Part shown: piece after piece, positions 48,390 through 63,300 of the stretch | How the letters are laid out: every line of letters begins with the position of its first letter | Numbering within the stretch: position 1 is the stretch's first letter | Assembly (NCBI GenBank): GCA_002633005.1 | Contig: NMRA01000063.1 | Span: forward strand, 390,438 to 454,437 | DNA: 64,000 nucleotides | Direction: 5' to 3' | Source: Phoronis australis | Taxonomy: Eukaryota; Animalia; Phoronida | Notes under the pieces: generated by a model | Seen by the model: the letters and a program-made list of their open reading frames with translations, nothing else | The model's database searches: none | Told to the model about the DNA's origin: nothing | Translations under genes and position numbers: made by a program

Positions 48390-51300
48390 GGCCTACACAT
48401 GCATGCATACATACATACATATAAAAATTAGATGGAAAACTAATTTTGGTGATTGGTATTGTTTTTTGGTCAAATTTTATGCACAAAAACTAGATTTTTA
48501 AAGCCTCTTAACATAATTTGGGGTTCTGCGAAATTTATGATTCTATAGCGGTTGGCTTAGGAGACAGGAATATTCACCAGGGGAGGGATGGTCAAACAAA
48601 CAACGGGGGGAAGTGTTGGATGGGGGAGGCATTTTGCGATGATTGGGGGACCACAACCTTTTTATTTCACCCGTGGCTAAGGCAGGGTTGGCAAGGGTAT
48701 AATATATCTAACAGGCTTACAGAATAAGTTATAATACACATTTTATGAATCAATTATCGATGAACCTATACAGGTACTTACCAACCGATGGTTGATGATA
48801 ATTGTGATATGTGTGACTCATGACGATGGAGCCGAGGATTGGTCCTGGATTCGAGCACTCGACGTCATTAAATGCAAAGTACCATGCGCAGCTCTGGGAG
48901 TTGGAATTCCAGTATGACGCTCTCAAGGTGCCCAACCAACGTACTTTGAGTGCACTGCGGCTTGACAACTTGAAGTATTCCACTTTCTGTTCGCAAATAG
49001 AACAAGCACATCATGTTTACTGCCCTTTTGGGAATGCCTTTTGAAATGAGGGCAATTAAATTTTATCCAACTAGAGAGCATTTTGCGGAAATACTTTCTA
49101 AAATGAAATCATACCGATAAGAATCTTTAATACGCAGACTCTGATAAAATACCATGAAATTGTTTTAGCGTTTCCAGCACTTTAACCGGCTATATACCAG
49201 CGGTAACATGACGGTTCACAAAACACATTTTCAGTTCCTTTTTACCGCGCAACTCTTGCCAGGCCAAGTTCATTCGTTCCTCCAGTCGCGCTGGTCACCC
49301 TGAGTTCAGCACCCAGCCATCGCCACCAAACGCTAGTGACGCAAATTTGCTGCGCCATTCGGATGGCAGCAAACGCGGTGGATTGATCAAACGAAGAAGC
49401 ATACTCGGGATAGTCAAAGATTAGTCCAGTGTACTCCCGCTAAGACTTCGGCACAGGCGCTTTGGTGAACACAAAAATGGATAAACCCACTGCTATCGGT
49501 GACCATTTAGTTCCATCTAGCCACACCATCAATATCTACAATACTAGAGTTCTAGCCAGGGGGGAACATTGGCACTCCCGCAAGATCAAAGAGGCCTTTT
49601 ACATTAAACAATACAACCCCCCCACTCAACCGTGACCAGGGACTACAACTTCCTCCCATCAACCACAAGGACGTGTTACGTTACTTCCGGTTCTACAATG
49701 GCGGGAAGACCAGCCATGTGATCAAGGGCCTGAGCTGCAGACTATGCTTATCTGACTTATAGTCTTCTAGTAAGTAAAGTCTGTCGTTTTTACTATCATC
49801 ACAGAAGACGACGATGAATTATTAACACTTTTAATCATTACAGCGGGCTTGTAAAGTCAGTCCCTCAAATTTGGTTAGCTACCCTTTATATCAGTCTGAA
49901 TATGTAAAACAAAAATTCCTAGCAATTTCGACTCCACTGTTGCATACACAGGCGTCCTCAGCTTCTGATCGTCCCCAATACACTACATATAATACTACTA
50001 TATGTAGTGTATTGGGGACGATCAGAAGCTGAGGACGCCTGTGGTTGCATATCGTCAGTGCTCAAACGGGGTGCTCAAACTTTAGGAAGACTTTGTCAGA
50101 AACTTGAAAGCCCCAAATAGCCATGTGGATAGTGCCCTGCAGAAGTGGGTTAGAGTTTTAAATGTTATTTATGTTGATGATTTTGATTGGTCCAAAATTT
50201 ATCCATTACCTTATGTGTTAGCGTTAGATTCATATTTTAAGGTATTTCACGTACAAAATTGTACGCTGTATCTATAACAACAAATGTATTTTTAACGTTA
50301 ATTAAAGTTCAAGAGAATGACTTGTGTTACGAAAATATAAACGTAAATGAACACTTTTCGGTTACCCTGATAAAAAATTAACATCTATTTGCATATTTAC
50401 AAACATGATAACAAGTTACACGAAACTTGGGACGAAGACAGGGTCGAACGTCAGCACCAACAGTCCAAAACTTGAAATTTGCGGCATCTCCAGTCTTCAT
50501 CACCAAGGCGTCCTCACGCGTTCCGTTGAGTCCACTAGTCCACCAAAATAATACAGTCAAGTTCCATACACAAGACGCTACTGTCCGCGCCGTAGCAAAG
50601 GCTCACCACGTGAACAAATAACGCTCAGTATTCAGAAAGTATGAAGAAACCATAAAGTCCAGCCTCAGTGTTCAGACAAATCATGATACACGTCTGCTCA
50701 CCATCAGCGACCAACTAGAACTCCGATAAAACTCAAAACTGCCCCCTAGCTCTCATAGTCAGACTATATGAAAAGAAATTAGCGCGAAATTCTTGCCTCC
50801 CAAAACGTCACTTCCGGAGTAGACTACGAGTAATTAATTAAATTACGAAAAGCAGTAAATAAGTGAAAAAATATGTCTGGGATAATCAACGAACCTTATT
50901 TTTGCTAAAAATGACATGAAAAAAGGTTGCCTTCGCCTTTAATGATACTCACAATACTGCTATATCTGGTCTCTGGTCTCGTTTTCGCACCATTGGAGTT
51001 TCTCATTATTTGTTGGCGTCTTGCTTTTTAATTTTTTTCTCGACTGCATTTATTGCATTCGAGCTTCAAATGCCAGCGAAGTGTTACTGCAACCAATCAG
51101 CTACATCGACATGTATATAATGTTCTCATTGGTTGCAATTTAGCAATGCGTTTCCTACCTCCGGGAGATTTCTATCTGGGACCGTTCATATCAACCAATC
51201 ACTCACACTTCATGCCTTATATATAATACCTCATTGCGAATCCCCCTTCCCTCATGCTCCATTCCAGGATTCCAGTGGCCAAGATAAAATTTCAGATGCT

Positions 51301-54300
51301 TTACAAATGAAACTTTTGCCAAGACCAAATGTCAACAGTTGTACAACAGAACAATTTCATACACCCAGAACCCATAATTTCAGCTGCCGTATATAACTAC
51401 AGTTGAACCACCGTACAGTAAATAATAAACAGATTCAGACTCCACCCACTGCAATTGTGGTTGAAATATAGTTCAACAGTAGAACTCAAGTGAACAGTCA
51501 CCCTGCAACTGCATAACCAAATGTAAAATAAATAAAACCCAAATTTTGTTTTGATGAGTGTGAAGAACACCGGTGTAGCTACAGAGGGCCATGTCCCCCT
51601 TCATGACAGCGTTCTGTCGTTCAGCAACTTTCCAGACGTGAAGGGTTCTAAACGTGCGGTAACATCTGGCTTTTTTGTTAACTGCCCAGGACAGTCGTTT
51701 GTCCCGTATGACTACAAGCAGGCCAATTATCTACCAGGCTTCACTGGGTTACTGAAACCTGGCAGAATAGATTGTCCTAACCAGTGGCGGATCTAGGATA
51801 TCACAAGAGGGGGCCCAACATTTTGTCTGTAAACATTTGCGCAAAGCACGACTGTAGATGCGCATAGCACCCAATGGGGGGAGGTCGGGAGGGGAGAAAT
51901 TTTTAATTTCTGTTTTTTCCTTGTATCCCGAAGTATTATCCAAGAAAAAAGGCAAAAAAGAGAAAGTGTCAAACAGGAAAAACTGCAGGAACCACAGACT
52001 CGAACTCACGACCTGACGATAGAGCACGCGTGCTTTACCACTGCACCACCACGATTTAACTCCTAATTTGCTACTAAGAGACCTACTTGTTTATGGTCCA
52101 CAGCGTTTACGGGCGAAACCTTTTTTGTAATGTTTATTACAATTTTTATATTTTGTGCAATCAGTTCGTAACAAATTTGTTGTATTTAAAATAGTCTTTA
52201 ATTGCCCAAAAGACCAAATCCGTTATTTTGTGTTGGCATAATGACGCGATTGCTTTGGAAATCGTCTTAAGGTTTGACAAAGAGAGAATTATGAGTTTCT
52301 GAGTGATTCACTGAGGCTTCGATTAAAATTCACATCTTACCAGCAGCTTCTGTTTTTTCATCGTCACCCAGATTCCATTTTCTTTAAAAAATGAAGTAAT
52401 TTTCTTCATTGCACAGTGAAGCAGACGACGGAAACAGAGTCGTAGTGCGCAGCCCCACTGCCGGTCGCCTGGGATATCGCGGGAGAGCCTATATACTTAG
52501 CCATAGTTCCGTTACGATTGATCCGTGTTCCGAATTTGACACTTGAAATTGGATCTGAGCCCCCCCCCCCAACACAATAAAACTGCACACATTTCAATCT
52601 TGTTTCCGCCGTATAATGTTAATTACCGGGGTTAATTAATAAACTCAACATTTCCCTACGCTCTTGCTATTTTATTTTTTGCGGCCAAGGGGCAGGCTGA
52701 TCCGATCCGATCGGAGATTAGAGCAAAAGAGAGCCGGCCCTCCCGACCATAAATGCCAGAGTGGAGTTAATCAGTCGTGTAAGATATTGGCTACAGGGGT
52801 AAACTTCCCAACTTGCTGTTGGGCTATTGAATCGAACAAATTGGGAGCAACGGGAAAACGCCGTAATGTTGATCATTGATAAAAAATCCTCCCCGGGTCA
52901 ATTTCAATTCATTTCAAAATGCCCTCTTTGCCACTCGTTTTCTCAATCACCTGGTCTCCAGCAATTTCACGTTTGTTCCGCCCCCTTCCTCTTCGTACTC
53001 CTGGATACGCTAGTAGTGATGACCTGTCATGGAGAGTTGTCGTAGCTCCATAGACAGCAGTGTCAGTAATTACTAAAATATTGAAGAAACGTTTGCCTGA
53101 TTCAACCGCCCGCAACATGCGCACAACGCATCTTGTTCAGGTAACATCAAAGATTTTATAGTTACCTTGGGATATAGTATCTTTGGTATCACACACAAGT
53201 TTTCGTAGACTGAATTAATTTCAGTCTAGCGCGGAAAAATAATGTAAACTCACTTTGATTTGCCCGTTGGTCGTCCCCGTATTCAGTGAGTGCCAATAGT
53301 GGTGAGCCAAGTTGAACTGCGGCACACGGACGCTTGTGCCATCTGGTCGAACATCTAAAGATAGAACGTCGCAAATAACCCACTGCTTTAGACAAAGGCT
53401 AAATTACTAAACAATGGTGTCAGTGCAGGGTGCAAAGAATGTTATGGTTTCGCCTCTAAATTCCAGCTTCGATACCCCAAGCCCCCGTCTCGAACCAGTA
53501 AACACCAAACCCAAGGTACAAAGTCCATACCTGCGCCCATTAACTCGACACATGCACCAAAAATACCGGACGGTACCACACAACATCCAATCCTGGACCA
53601 TGGGTCTGGCTGAAGAACTGATCCTCGGGTATATGGAACAGGGTATGATGCATTTTCTTTGGGTGTGTGGAGTTTGGGTAGAGGGTACGAAGGCTGTACC
53701 ACAGGTTTTGTGTGTTAGTCTGATACTGATGATACAGCGAATGAAGCTAGAATTTAGGTGAGCACGATGGGATCGTGTCCATCCCTGAATGTAGTCGTAG
53801 AAAATTAGAAGATAAATTAGGTTCTGTTACGTAGTAATGCAGTAAGACACACTGTTTTCGTAGACATGAAATAAAGTGACAAATGTACTTAAATTCAGGC
53901 CGTGGTATTGCAAAAATTCCGGAAGATGAAATTTTACTCGGTGTAGGATTCCATGGCTGTAATAACTGTCTACAATGCTGCCTTTATATCATATTTACAT
54001 AAGTGTTAAAACTAAGGCGACGTGACATTTAACTTTTAGTAAGGTATCAAAGAAGTCTACAATGTGGTTGCCGTTCGCAAAGATAATTTACTCTGTATGT
54101 TTACACGACTCAAGAAATTCCCCTTGCCGTGCGAGAGACGATGACAAGACACGAAATTTAAGTTTGTAATAATTACGTGAGACTACATGCGCATTACAAA
54201 AGAAATGTATCTCCTCGTGTATTCGTGAAAAAGAAAGCTAAACAGCTGAGGGAGACAGACTGTCGACCTTGAGAAGATAGGGCGTTTGGCAGCCTGAAAA

Positions 54301-57300
54301 CTGCAGACGATCGCTTCTTTCGCTTGTTCCTTTTTTACGTAGAGTGACTACTTACATGCACTGATCTTTGAATTCAACCTGACTTCCTCAACAATAATTC
54401 GACTGTAGCTGTTCGAACCCTGGTAGGGACTTATGGATCCGCCGCAGTCTTGATGCCATAGCTGGATTTTTACATTGCCTTCAGCTAGTCCTTTACAGAT
54501 TCCACCAACTACAAAATTGGCATGATTCGCAAGAATCTCCGATCAATGTCTGGAGCACCTTAAGTTCGACTCTAGGGTCACTCGGTGATTTTGATCTTGA
54601 AAAGCGTACTTCATACTGTGTAGGTCATTCTTTTTCAAGTTAGCACCATGAATATTTTAGTCCAAATTAGCTCATTTTTGGTTCAAGGAGGCTCAATAAG
54701 TAAAACAGTTTCAAAACGGTTTAGAAGAATTGGAAACAAAAAATCTTAATGATGTACTATTAGACACAACCTCTCTATCAGAAAACAGCTTCTGCATCTT
54801 CAAACGGGTTTCTGTTAACTTTCTTTTGAGCGCCAGAATTCGGTAAATTTTGCCATTTTTGTGTTTGATTTTTAGCTATTTTTGAGGTGCTCTGCGGGCC
54901 AGTTAGCGGGGCGCTGGTAGTTTCAAATACAATTTTCCATCATGCAGTTTGTTTCGACAAACTAAGAAAATAACAAATATTAAAAAATGTTTTTTATTTG
55001 TTTCCAAGCAACAGCCGGCAATGCAAAGGACAAACTATCGCGCATTTTACAGTCCTTGACTACAAGCAATCTGTAGATGTATCTATTAAAGCTCGTTAAA
55101 GGAGATTCAGTAATTTTTGCAAAATATTTTTCTATTGTGATGAAAACCATAATCTTCTTAGCCCATACATACAAACTATTCACAAGGCTATTAAAAATGG
55201 AAAGGAGAAACAACTGGAAGAAAATCAACCCCGAGAACAAGCAGGGTTTAAAAAGAGCTACTCAGCAACAGACCATCTGCAAGCGCTTGGACAAACAATT
55301 GAAAAATGTAACGAATTTAACCTGCCACTGTGTGTTGGTTTCATAGACTATGAAAAAGCTTTTGATTCAATTGAACATTTTGCCATTATTGAAGCCCTAA
55401 AAACATCAACATAAATGAAAAATATGTAAAACTGCTGCAAAATATATATACAGATGCAACCGCCACAATACACATCGACAACCACGTCTCTGAAAGATTC
55501 AACATAGAGAGAGGAGTTCGACAGGCAGACCCAATTTCACCTAAACTGTTTACACTGACAATGGAAGAGATCTTCAAATCTTCAGACCTTCGAAGGGGAG
55601 TAAACATAGACGGAGAACATCTAACAGACCTAAGATTTGCAGATGATGTTGCTTTGTGCACAGAAGACATAACACAACTAGAAACAAATTTAAATATACT
55701 AAATGAAGAAAACAACAATGTGGGATTAAAGATACACAAGGACAAGACAAAGTACATGACAAATTTTGAAACAGATGAACAAGTAATGGTGGAGAACAAG
55801 ATCATTGAAAAAGTCACACAATATAAATACCTGGCACACTATACAAATGGGGAACCGTATGACCAATGAAATACAAATCCGAATAAGAGCTGAATGGAGT
55901 TACTTTGGAAAAAAACAGAGAGATATTCCAAGATAAGAACATACCCATATCCCTGAAAAGAAAAGTATTTGACCAGTGCATCATCCCCACAATTACCTAT
56001 GGATGCCAAACATGGACCTTAACAAAGCAGATAAAAACACAGAGAGCAATGGAAAGAAAAATGCTTGGAATAAAATTACTAGACAGGATTCCACACACAG
56101 AGATAAGAGAACAAACAAGAGTCATGGACATAATCAAGACAATTCTGAAATTGAAATGGAGGTGGGGCGGACACGTGTCCAGAGCACAGGACAACAGATG
56201 GACAAAAAGATTACAGAGTGGCAACCCAGATATGGAAAGAGATCAAGAGGACGGCCCCACGCCAGATGGAGAGATGACATCGTGAAAACGATAGGCCCAA
56301 CATGGATGAGAGCAGCAAGAGACAGAACAAGTTGGAAGGCATTGTCAGAGGACTACATCCTGCAGTGGATGGACAACGCCTAGATGAGATGAGATGAGAT
56401 GAGATTAAAACCAGCGACTTCAATTTTTAAATGATTCAAGTACTGCTAGCCTCCCTGGTGACAGCTTCTATAACTAAATTTCTTTGGTAAAAGTTCATGA
56501 AATTTGGCAAAATGTTTCTATCGAAATGTTTTCAAGTGATTCTAACCTGTGTTGTCCTACCGGCAGTAGTTATAAGCGTTTTGGAGACGGTTCACGTGTC
56601 TAATGTTTGCAACCACACCTGCCGCCAGCAAGTGTCTAATGTTTGCAACCCCACCTGTCGTCAACATGTGTCTAATGTTTGCAACCACACCTGTCGTCAG
56701 CATGTGTATAATGTTTGCAACCACGCCTGTCCTCATCATGTGTCTAATGTTTGCAACCACACCTGTCGTCAGCATGTGTCTAATGTTTGCAACAACACCT
56801 GCCGTCAACATGTGTCTAATGTTTGCAACCACACCTGCCGTCAGCATGTTCTAATGTTTGCAACCCCACCTGTCGTCAAAATATGTCTAATGTTGGCAAC
56901 CACACCTGTCGTCACCATGTGTCTAATGTTTGCAACAACACCTGCCGTCAGCATGTGTCTAATGATTGCAACCACACCTGTCGTCAACATGTGTCTAATG
57001 TTTGCAGCCACATCTGCCGTCAGCACGTGTCTAATGTTTGCAACCCCACCTGTCGGCAAAATGTGTCTAATGTTGGCAACCACAACTGTCGTCACCATGT
57101 GTCTAATGTTTGCAACCACACCTGCCGTCAGCATGTGTCTAATGTTTGCAACAACACCTGTCGTCAACATGTGTCTAATGTTGGCAACCACACCTGCCGT
57201 CAGCATGTGTCTAATGTTTGCAACCACACCTGTCGTCAGCATGTGTCTAATGTTTGCAACCCCACCTGTCGTCAACATGTGTCTAATGTTTGCAACACCT

Positions 57301-60300
57301 GCCGTCAGCATGTGTCTAATGCTTGCAACCCCACCTGTCGTCAGATGCTAACTACTGCTGCGACAGTCTACCTTATTACCGAACAATCGTTATATTAAAT
57401 GTAATGAAGCCTTTTCAATATGATTTTTTTTCATTTCTACAGGATTCCAAAAAGTGATTTCGTCACTTCCTATAAGAGATAAAACATATCTCAAAAATAT
57501 TGGACGCATGGGCTTCAAACTTTAAAGTTAGTTGAGGGTTGATTCTAGTAAATAATCTCAAGTGATATCAGAACAGCAAAGTTGATGTGTAAGCCAAAAT
57601 GATCGTGACAACCTTTTAACACAGTAATTTATTTTAGAAAATCTCTGCAATACAAAGGGAGCCATCATTATGAAAGTAGAAGTGCATAACTGCTACCATG
57701 GCCACTGAGTACTCCAAAAACATTTCTCCATGATTATAAAATAGGAGATGTTGCACGAAAGAAGGGTTTGAGTAAGTGTCACGTGTCACACTTCATCATC
57801 CAAATGCAGCCTATACCTGTAAACCAATTAAGATTTATTCGCATTTTGTTGCTCTTAATTTGTTAACATACGTCATAAAAATGATTTGAAAATACAGGTC
57901 CAAATATAGGTCAAAATATAGTAGCAAGCAACCCATTTTTCCTACCAGAGAAACTGACCACTCGGAATGAGTTGACACGGCACAGCTTTGTGAGTAAACA
58001 GAGGTTAAACTTACTTGGGTGATCTCTCATTTGGTATCCCGTCTTTGAACTGCCATAATGTGTTATAATACCATCTATTTTCCCTGGGTTAGAACACTCC
58101 AAGTCGTTGAACCTGAGGGAGTATAGCGCGCAGGTAGTACCTGTGTGACTAGGAAGCTCACGGAGTTGACCTCGCCACACGACCCTTAGTCCCGTTGACG
58201 ACAATCGCTTCGAAAAATTTATTATCTAGTGAAGAAAAACAGTGGTTTTACACAGAGTTTTGAACAGCTGCATGTCGCACTTGTTAATATAGCTAAAAAT
58301 GAAAATCGAATTAGTTCTTTACTCTAATGAAATTGTCATGATAATCCTTATCATGATCTGATTCTATTACAATTAGAAATTAACAAACACTTGATCCAAA
58401 TCCTTTACTCAAGAAAGCGGCGAAATAATGTTAGGGATATTTCGGCAAACACTGCGGCGTTAAGCAAACAATCAATCTTATGTCAAAGTAGCTATTCAAA
58501 AATACACATTATTTTCACCAACAATGAAATATAATTGCTTTTTAGCGTTCTTCATAACAAAATCAGTCCATCACACAGTTTTTATTTATAGGCAGTAATT
58601 TATTTTTGTCACACCTAATAGCTAATCTAAATCATGTAAAAAAGATAATTTCTATTTCTGATATACATCTCGAATAATATCATTGTAGGCTCTATTATTC
58701 TATTCATGTCAGTCCTCAACCAAATCAATATTCACTATTATTCTACATATGTTTGCCATAAGTATGATTTATGTCTGGCAAAAATACAGCCAATGGGAAT
58801 CGAGCAACTATGTCAGATATAGACAAAGGAAAAATGAATTGTGATATAAATCAGCCACTGAGAATTCATCATTTCTCTATTTTATGTCTGACGTAATTCT
58901 CCGATTCTCATTCAGATCAGACACAGATTAACGGTGGATTTTAAACTCGTTTTAACCAGACATAAGTAGAGAATGGCAGCGAGTCATGAATCATTGCACA
59001 TGACAATTAATTCGGGAACTGTGTCAGTCATTATTGAAATTATGTTTAGCACATTTTGACATAATACTTATTGTAGTATGCGATGTTCATTTGTTTGTGG
59101 AATTTCCACGAGAAGTCGTTATGGATTCCAGTTGGTGCACCTTTTAGTAAAACACCTTATTCACGCAGTCGCATTATTACAAAGAATCTCATTTTAGGTT
59201 TTAAAAACAATGCTTTCCGCGCTTAATTACAGTGCAGAACATGTTTTTCGCTTGCCTCGTTATATTTATATTTATATCTCAAATGCATGGTTTTTAAACC
59301 TAAACAGAGGAACATTTTTAAAATAGCGACTGCCTGGATAAGGGGCTTGTTCCAAGAAACTGACTTAAGTTCATTTTTTACTTAAGTTTAAAATTTGTCT
59401 TAACTTCCAAATTTTGAAACTTCCACATTCGGTAAGTTAGTCAAAATTAAGACAAAACTTATGTCAAACACTTGAGTCAAACTTAAGATCTCTTTCTTCA
59501 ATTTATTTTTAAACAGATTTAACTTTCATTTTAAGATTTACTAAAAATTTAAGATTTGTCTTAGCTGAGTGACTTTTGTTGGAACGGGCCCAAGGTCTAT
59601 GGGTAATGTTAAATGGCTAAATCACTAAAAAGTATAAAAGCTCCCAGCGGAGTACGACCTCATTCTAAAACCAGGTCAACCTGACTTGGAAGCATTTGGC
59701 ATTGAGTTCATTAAATGGAATTGAATATACAATTTGATGTTTTTTGCACAAACGCCCGCCCATATATAACATCATATCGGAAAGCAATGGAAATCTTTTC
59801 TATCGCAAGGTCTATATACTCATTTCTCAGTTATTTGTGGTCATTTCACTACATTTATCATACATTAATTTCTGGTTTCTGATGGGCTGCGGCTACAAAC
59901 TCCTATTGAACATTGATTATGGTGACGATTCGCATTTACTGACCACATGTGTAAAGCATACGCGCAGGTCACTTACTGCAAAGGCTACTGCGTCGTTCTT
60001 TGTTGCCGCATCATTTTGCCAGAAAGCTTGTTTGACGTTGAACGAACTCAAGGCAGAACACGTCGTTTTGTCTAGATGAGAACAAACGCGTAATCGTGAT
60101 TACTGTGTCACACAAATTTGTGATTGTATTAATAACAGCATAAGCACAAAAAAGGAACCTGTTAATGGTAGACAAACGTGAAAAATATTTAGTTACAACT
60201 TTTATGTCCAGAAAACATGGGTTTGTACACTTTCAAAAATGAACCCACCTTTCGTCCCAAAGCCAACTTTTGATTTAGTTTTTTAAGTTCTCTTAAAAAG

Positions 60301-63300
60301 TTGTTTATTGATCGACACAATGTTCTAAAGCTTGACATATCATTGCTTGTCATATTATTGGTCGAACATAGTAAGACCAAACATATCTCCTAATTTGACC
60401 CACAAACAAGTCGAGTTCAACTTTTTAGCGCCAAATGATCTAAATCTAAATCCAGTTTCTGCGACGGAACGAGGGTTTGTTACCGATTGAACGAGGGTTT
60501 GTTACCGATTGAACGACAGTTTGTTACCGATTGAACGACAAAAGCTACTGCAGTACTTGCTGCAACTCATTTTAATCAGGCGTCAGCTGTCATGGCAAGT
60601 ATACTTTACCTAAGCTCGCGGACATGTCCACTTCCCGAACCATGAGGCGCGCGTACGAATGGGAAGCGAACAATATGTGCGAGCTGTAAGAACTGTTTTC
60701 CGTACTTCCTTTACAGTTGCTTACATAAACATCAATGGTAACGTCACCGGCCGCCAGTCCTTCACAAATACCATCAACTAAAACATTTCATCCAATAAAT
60801 AATATTTGATACTGTACATTCTCAAATATAATTTCTTTTTCAGTGTAATCTATATGTGTCAAATCACATGTAATGTTGTCACAGTTATTAACATAAAGTA
60901 AAATTTGATTTGCGGGTAGTTAAAAAGACGAAGTTAACAGCTCCAAACTCAGTTTGTTCAATTCGGCCAGTGTCACCGACGGAATTTGAATTCTTGAATG
61001 TAATTAAAATTTTCTTTACTTTAACCGAAAGCTGATGTTGGTTCACCTAGAATAGCACAATTAGAGAAAAAACATATTAATTGATGCTGGGGCATCTACA
61101 ATAGCACAATTAGAGTAAATAAAAGCATATTAATTAACATCAACTTATTTACGAGGACATTTGGTCAATCTTCACCAAGTTTCATATTCTCTATTTATCG
61201 CAAGATAATATTAATGTTTTAAACACTGAAATTACTGAACTGTTATTTGAAATGAAGTAAATTAAGAAACGCTACTTGACCACCTTGTGTCTTTCAAAGC
61301 ATGTACATGTATAATACGTGTAAAGAATTTTGATTAAAAAATCAATCAAAGTTAATTTTAGTAAAAATACTAGATTATAATTCAAATTATACCGGAAGCT
61401 GCTAATTCATTTTTTCATCCGCAACATGAAGGTAGGAAGTTACTATTACAAAAACATCAACACCACATATTCTTTTTCAAGTTAAATAGCTTTGAAAAAG
61501 ATTTAGAAAATATCAGATTAATCTAAGTATTTTTAAAAAAAAGCTCTTGAAAGAAAAAGTATTAAAAACACATAATACTAAAAAATATTAAAGCTAATAA
61601 AATGTCTTGGTGATTAGTAAACAGCGTCCAGTAAACAGAGTCCAGTAAACAGCGTCCAGTAAACAGCGTCCACAATTATTTCAATGTTTATTTCGTGCAT
61701 GATCTATGTTAAGAGTGTGATTGAATTTGCAAGATTTGGAATTTATTATTGTGATTTCTTTATCTAGATAGTTTTTCAAAAAACTGTGAATTTGTAAAAT
61801 TCAATGACAATTGCGCTCATATGATTATTTTAGTACCTTTGTGATCTTTGGTGGATGTTTTTCCTAGAATCATTGTGTGGATGTATGGCTTTATGAAAAA
61901 CAGATGTTGATTCTATTGTAATGTTAGTATGGAATGAATAAAGGTGCTGTCGATTCTATTGTAATGTTAGTATGGTATGAATAAACGAGCTGCTGATTCT
62001 ATTGTAATGATAGTATGGTATGAATAAACGTGCTGTTGGTTCTATTGTAATGATAGTATGGTATGAATAAACGTGCTGTCGATTCTATTGTAATGATAGT
62101 ATGGTATGAATAAACGTGCTGTTGGTTCTATTGTAATGATAGTATGGTATGAATAAACGTGCTGTTGGTTCTATTGTAATGATAGTATGGTATGAATAAA
62201 CGTGCTGTCGATTCTATTGTAATGATAGTATGGTATGAATAAACGTGCTGTTGATTCTATTGTAATGATAGTATGGTGTGAATAAACGTGCTGTTAATAA
62301 AAAAAGTTTCATGAGAGTTGTAACCTTTAGCAATTGTGATATTTCAAAAGATTTGAAACCAATGAAATTAGATACTTCATATGTAATTGTTCGCTCACAT
62401 ACCACACCGCGCGTTGTCATTGATTGTCATTTCACATGTTATAAATGATGTTTGATATTTAAAACGAATACTAAAAACCCGATGCATGGTAATGGCCGCG
62501 GAACAAAATAATTTTAAAGTTTTTTACATTGGTCACAAATGTTCCTAGAGAGTGTTGAAGGTTCACGATATGTACAATTATATTTAAAATAAACACAGCT
62601 TTGACCTAACGGCGACAAGATAATCTCAGAAAAGTCTGTTTCTTTTTGCTCGAAGTTAAACTGATTTTTGGTCGCAAGTGGAACCGTTTATTTCATCACA
62701 GTGCAGCCTGACGGTTTAATTGCAGTATATTTTGAATTAATTGACCTACCTTCTTCCATTTTTCCGTAGAGCAAGTTTACGTCACTCTCGAAATGAATGA
62801 TGTCTATTCCACCTGATTTGGGACATGTCGCTCCATTAAACTTGAAATACAAGGTTGCACAACACGCAATAGAACACCCCTTGGAGCCACGAAAATCGGT
62901 AAACAATGTCACGTGCAGACCGGATTTCGGGGATTTTTTCGGGTACACTTTGGTCTGGAAAATTGAAATTCATTTTAATCGAAGAGAAATGTCAATTGAA
63001 CAGCAGAGGGCAAGCAGACTCTATTTGACTTCTAGTAAAGAATGCAGGCTGCGTTCCGCACTTACAGCGAAAAAGTTTCGTTTTTGAAATGGAAAAAATG
63101 ATGCTATAATTAACATTCCGTCTTTCACCGCCGACCATCACTTCGGTGGCTGCCATTTTATTAGGGTGCGCTTGTTAGGTAGGATACGCGACCCAGTCAC
63201 TCAAAATTTTTTTACACTTGCGACGTCAGTGGTGTAAGCCTATCCGACGGGATTAGACTACTCGGGGGATAAAACTGAACTATTTTGACCTGTCTCAAAC

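Noticed and set aside
50378-50560. ORF considered as exon a of CTHRC1-like domain C
   Set aside because: Weak or wrong-phase acceptors and a poor motif match; 53254-53354 has strong splice sites, the correct phase and a clear motif.
51989-52052. tRNA gene
   Set aside because: A and B boxes are present but there is no acceptor or anticodon stem; treated as a tRNA-derived repeat.
52951-53068. Possible minus-strand exon encoding a furin-like RGRNKR site
   Set aside because: Its phase-1 entry cannot follow the phase-0 donor at 53254 and it has no domain similarity; it could only be an unsupported mutually exclusive exon.
53414-53761. 115-aa plus-strand ORF
   Set aside because: No recognisable motif or companion exons; it lies antisense inside an intron.
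56497-57398. Cys/His-rich ORFs resembling metallothionein or zinc-finger repeats
   Set aside because: Open frames on both strands arise from a 36-bp minisatellite, with a frameshift mid-array and no splice support; it is intronic.
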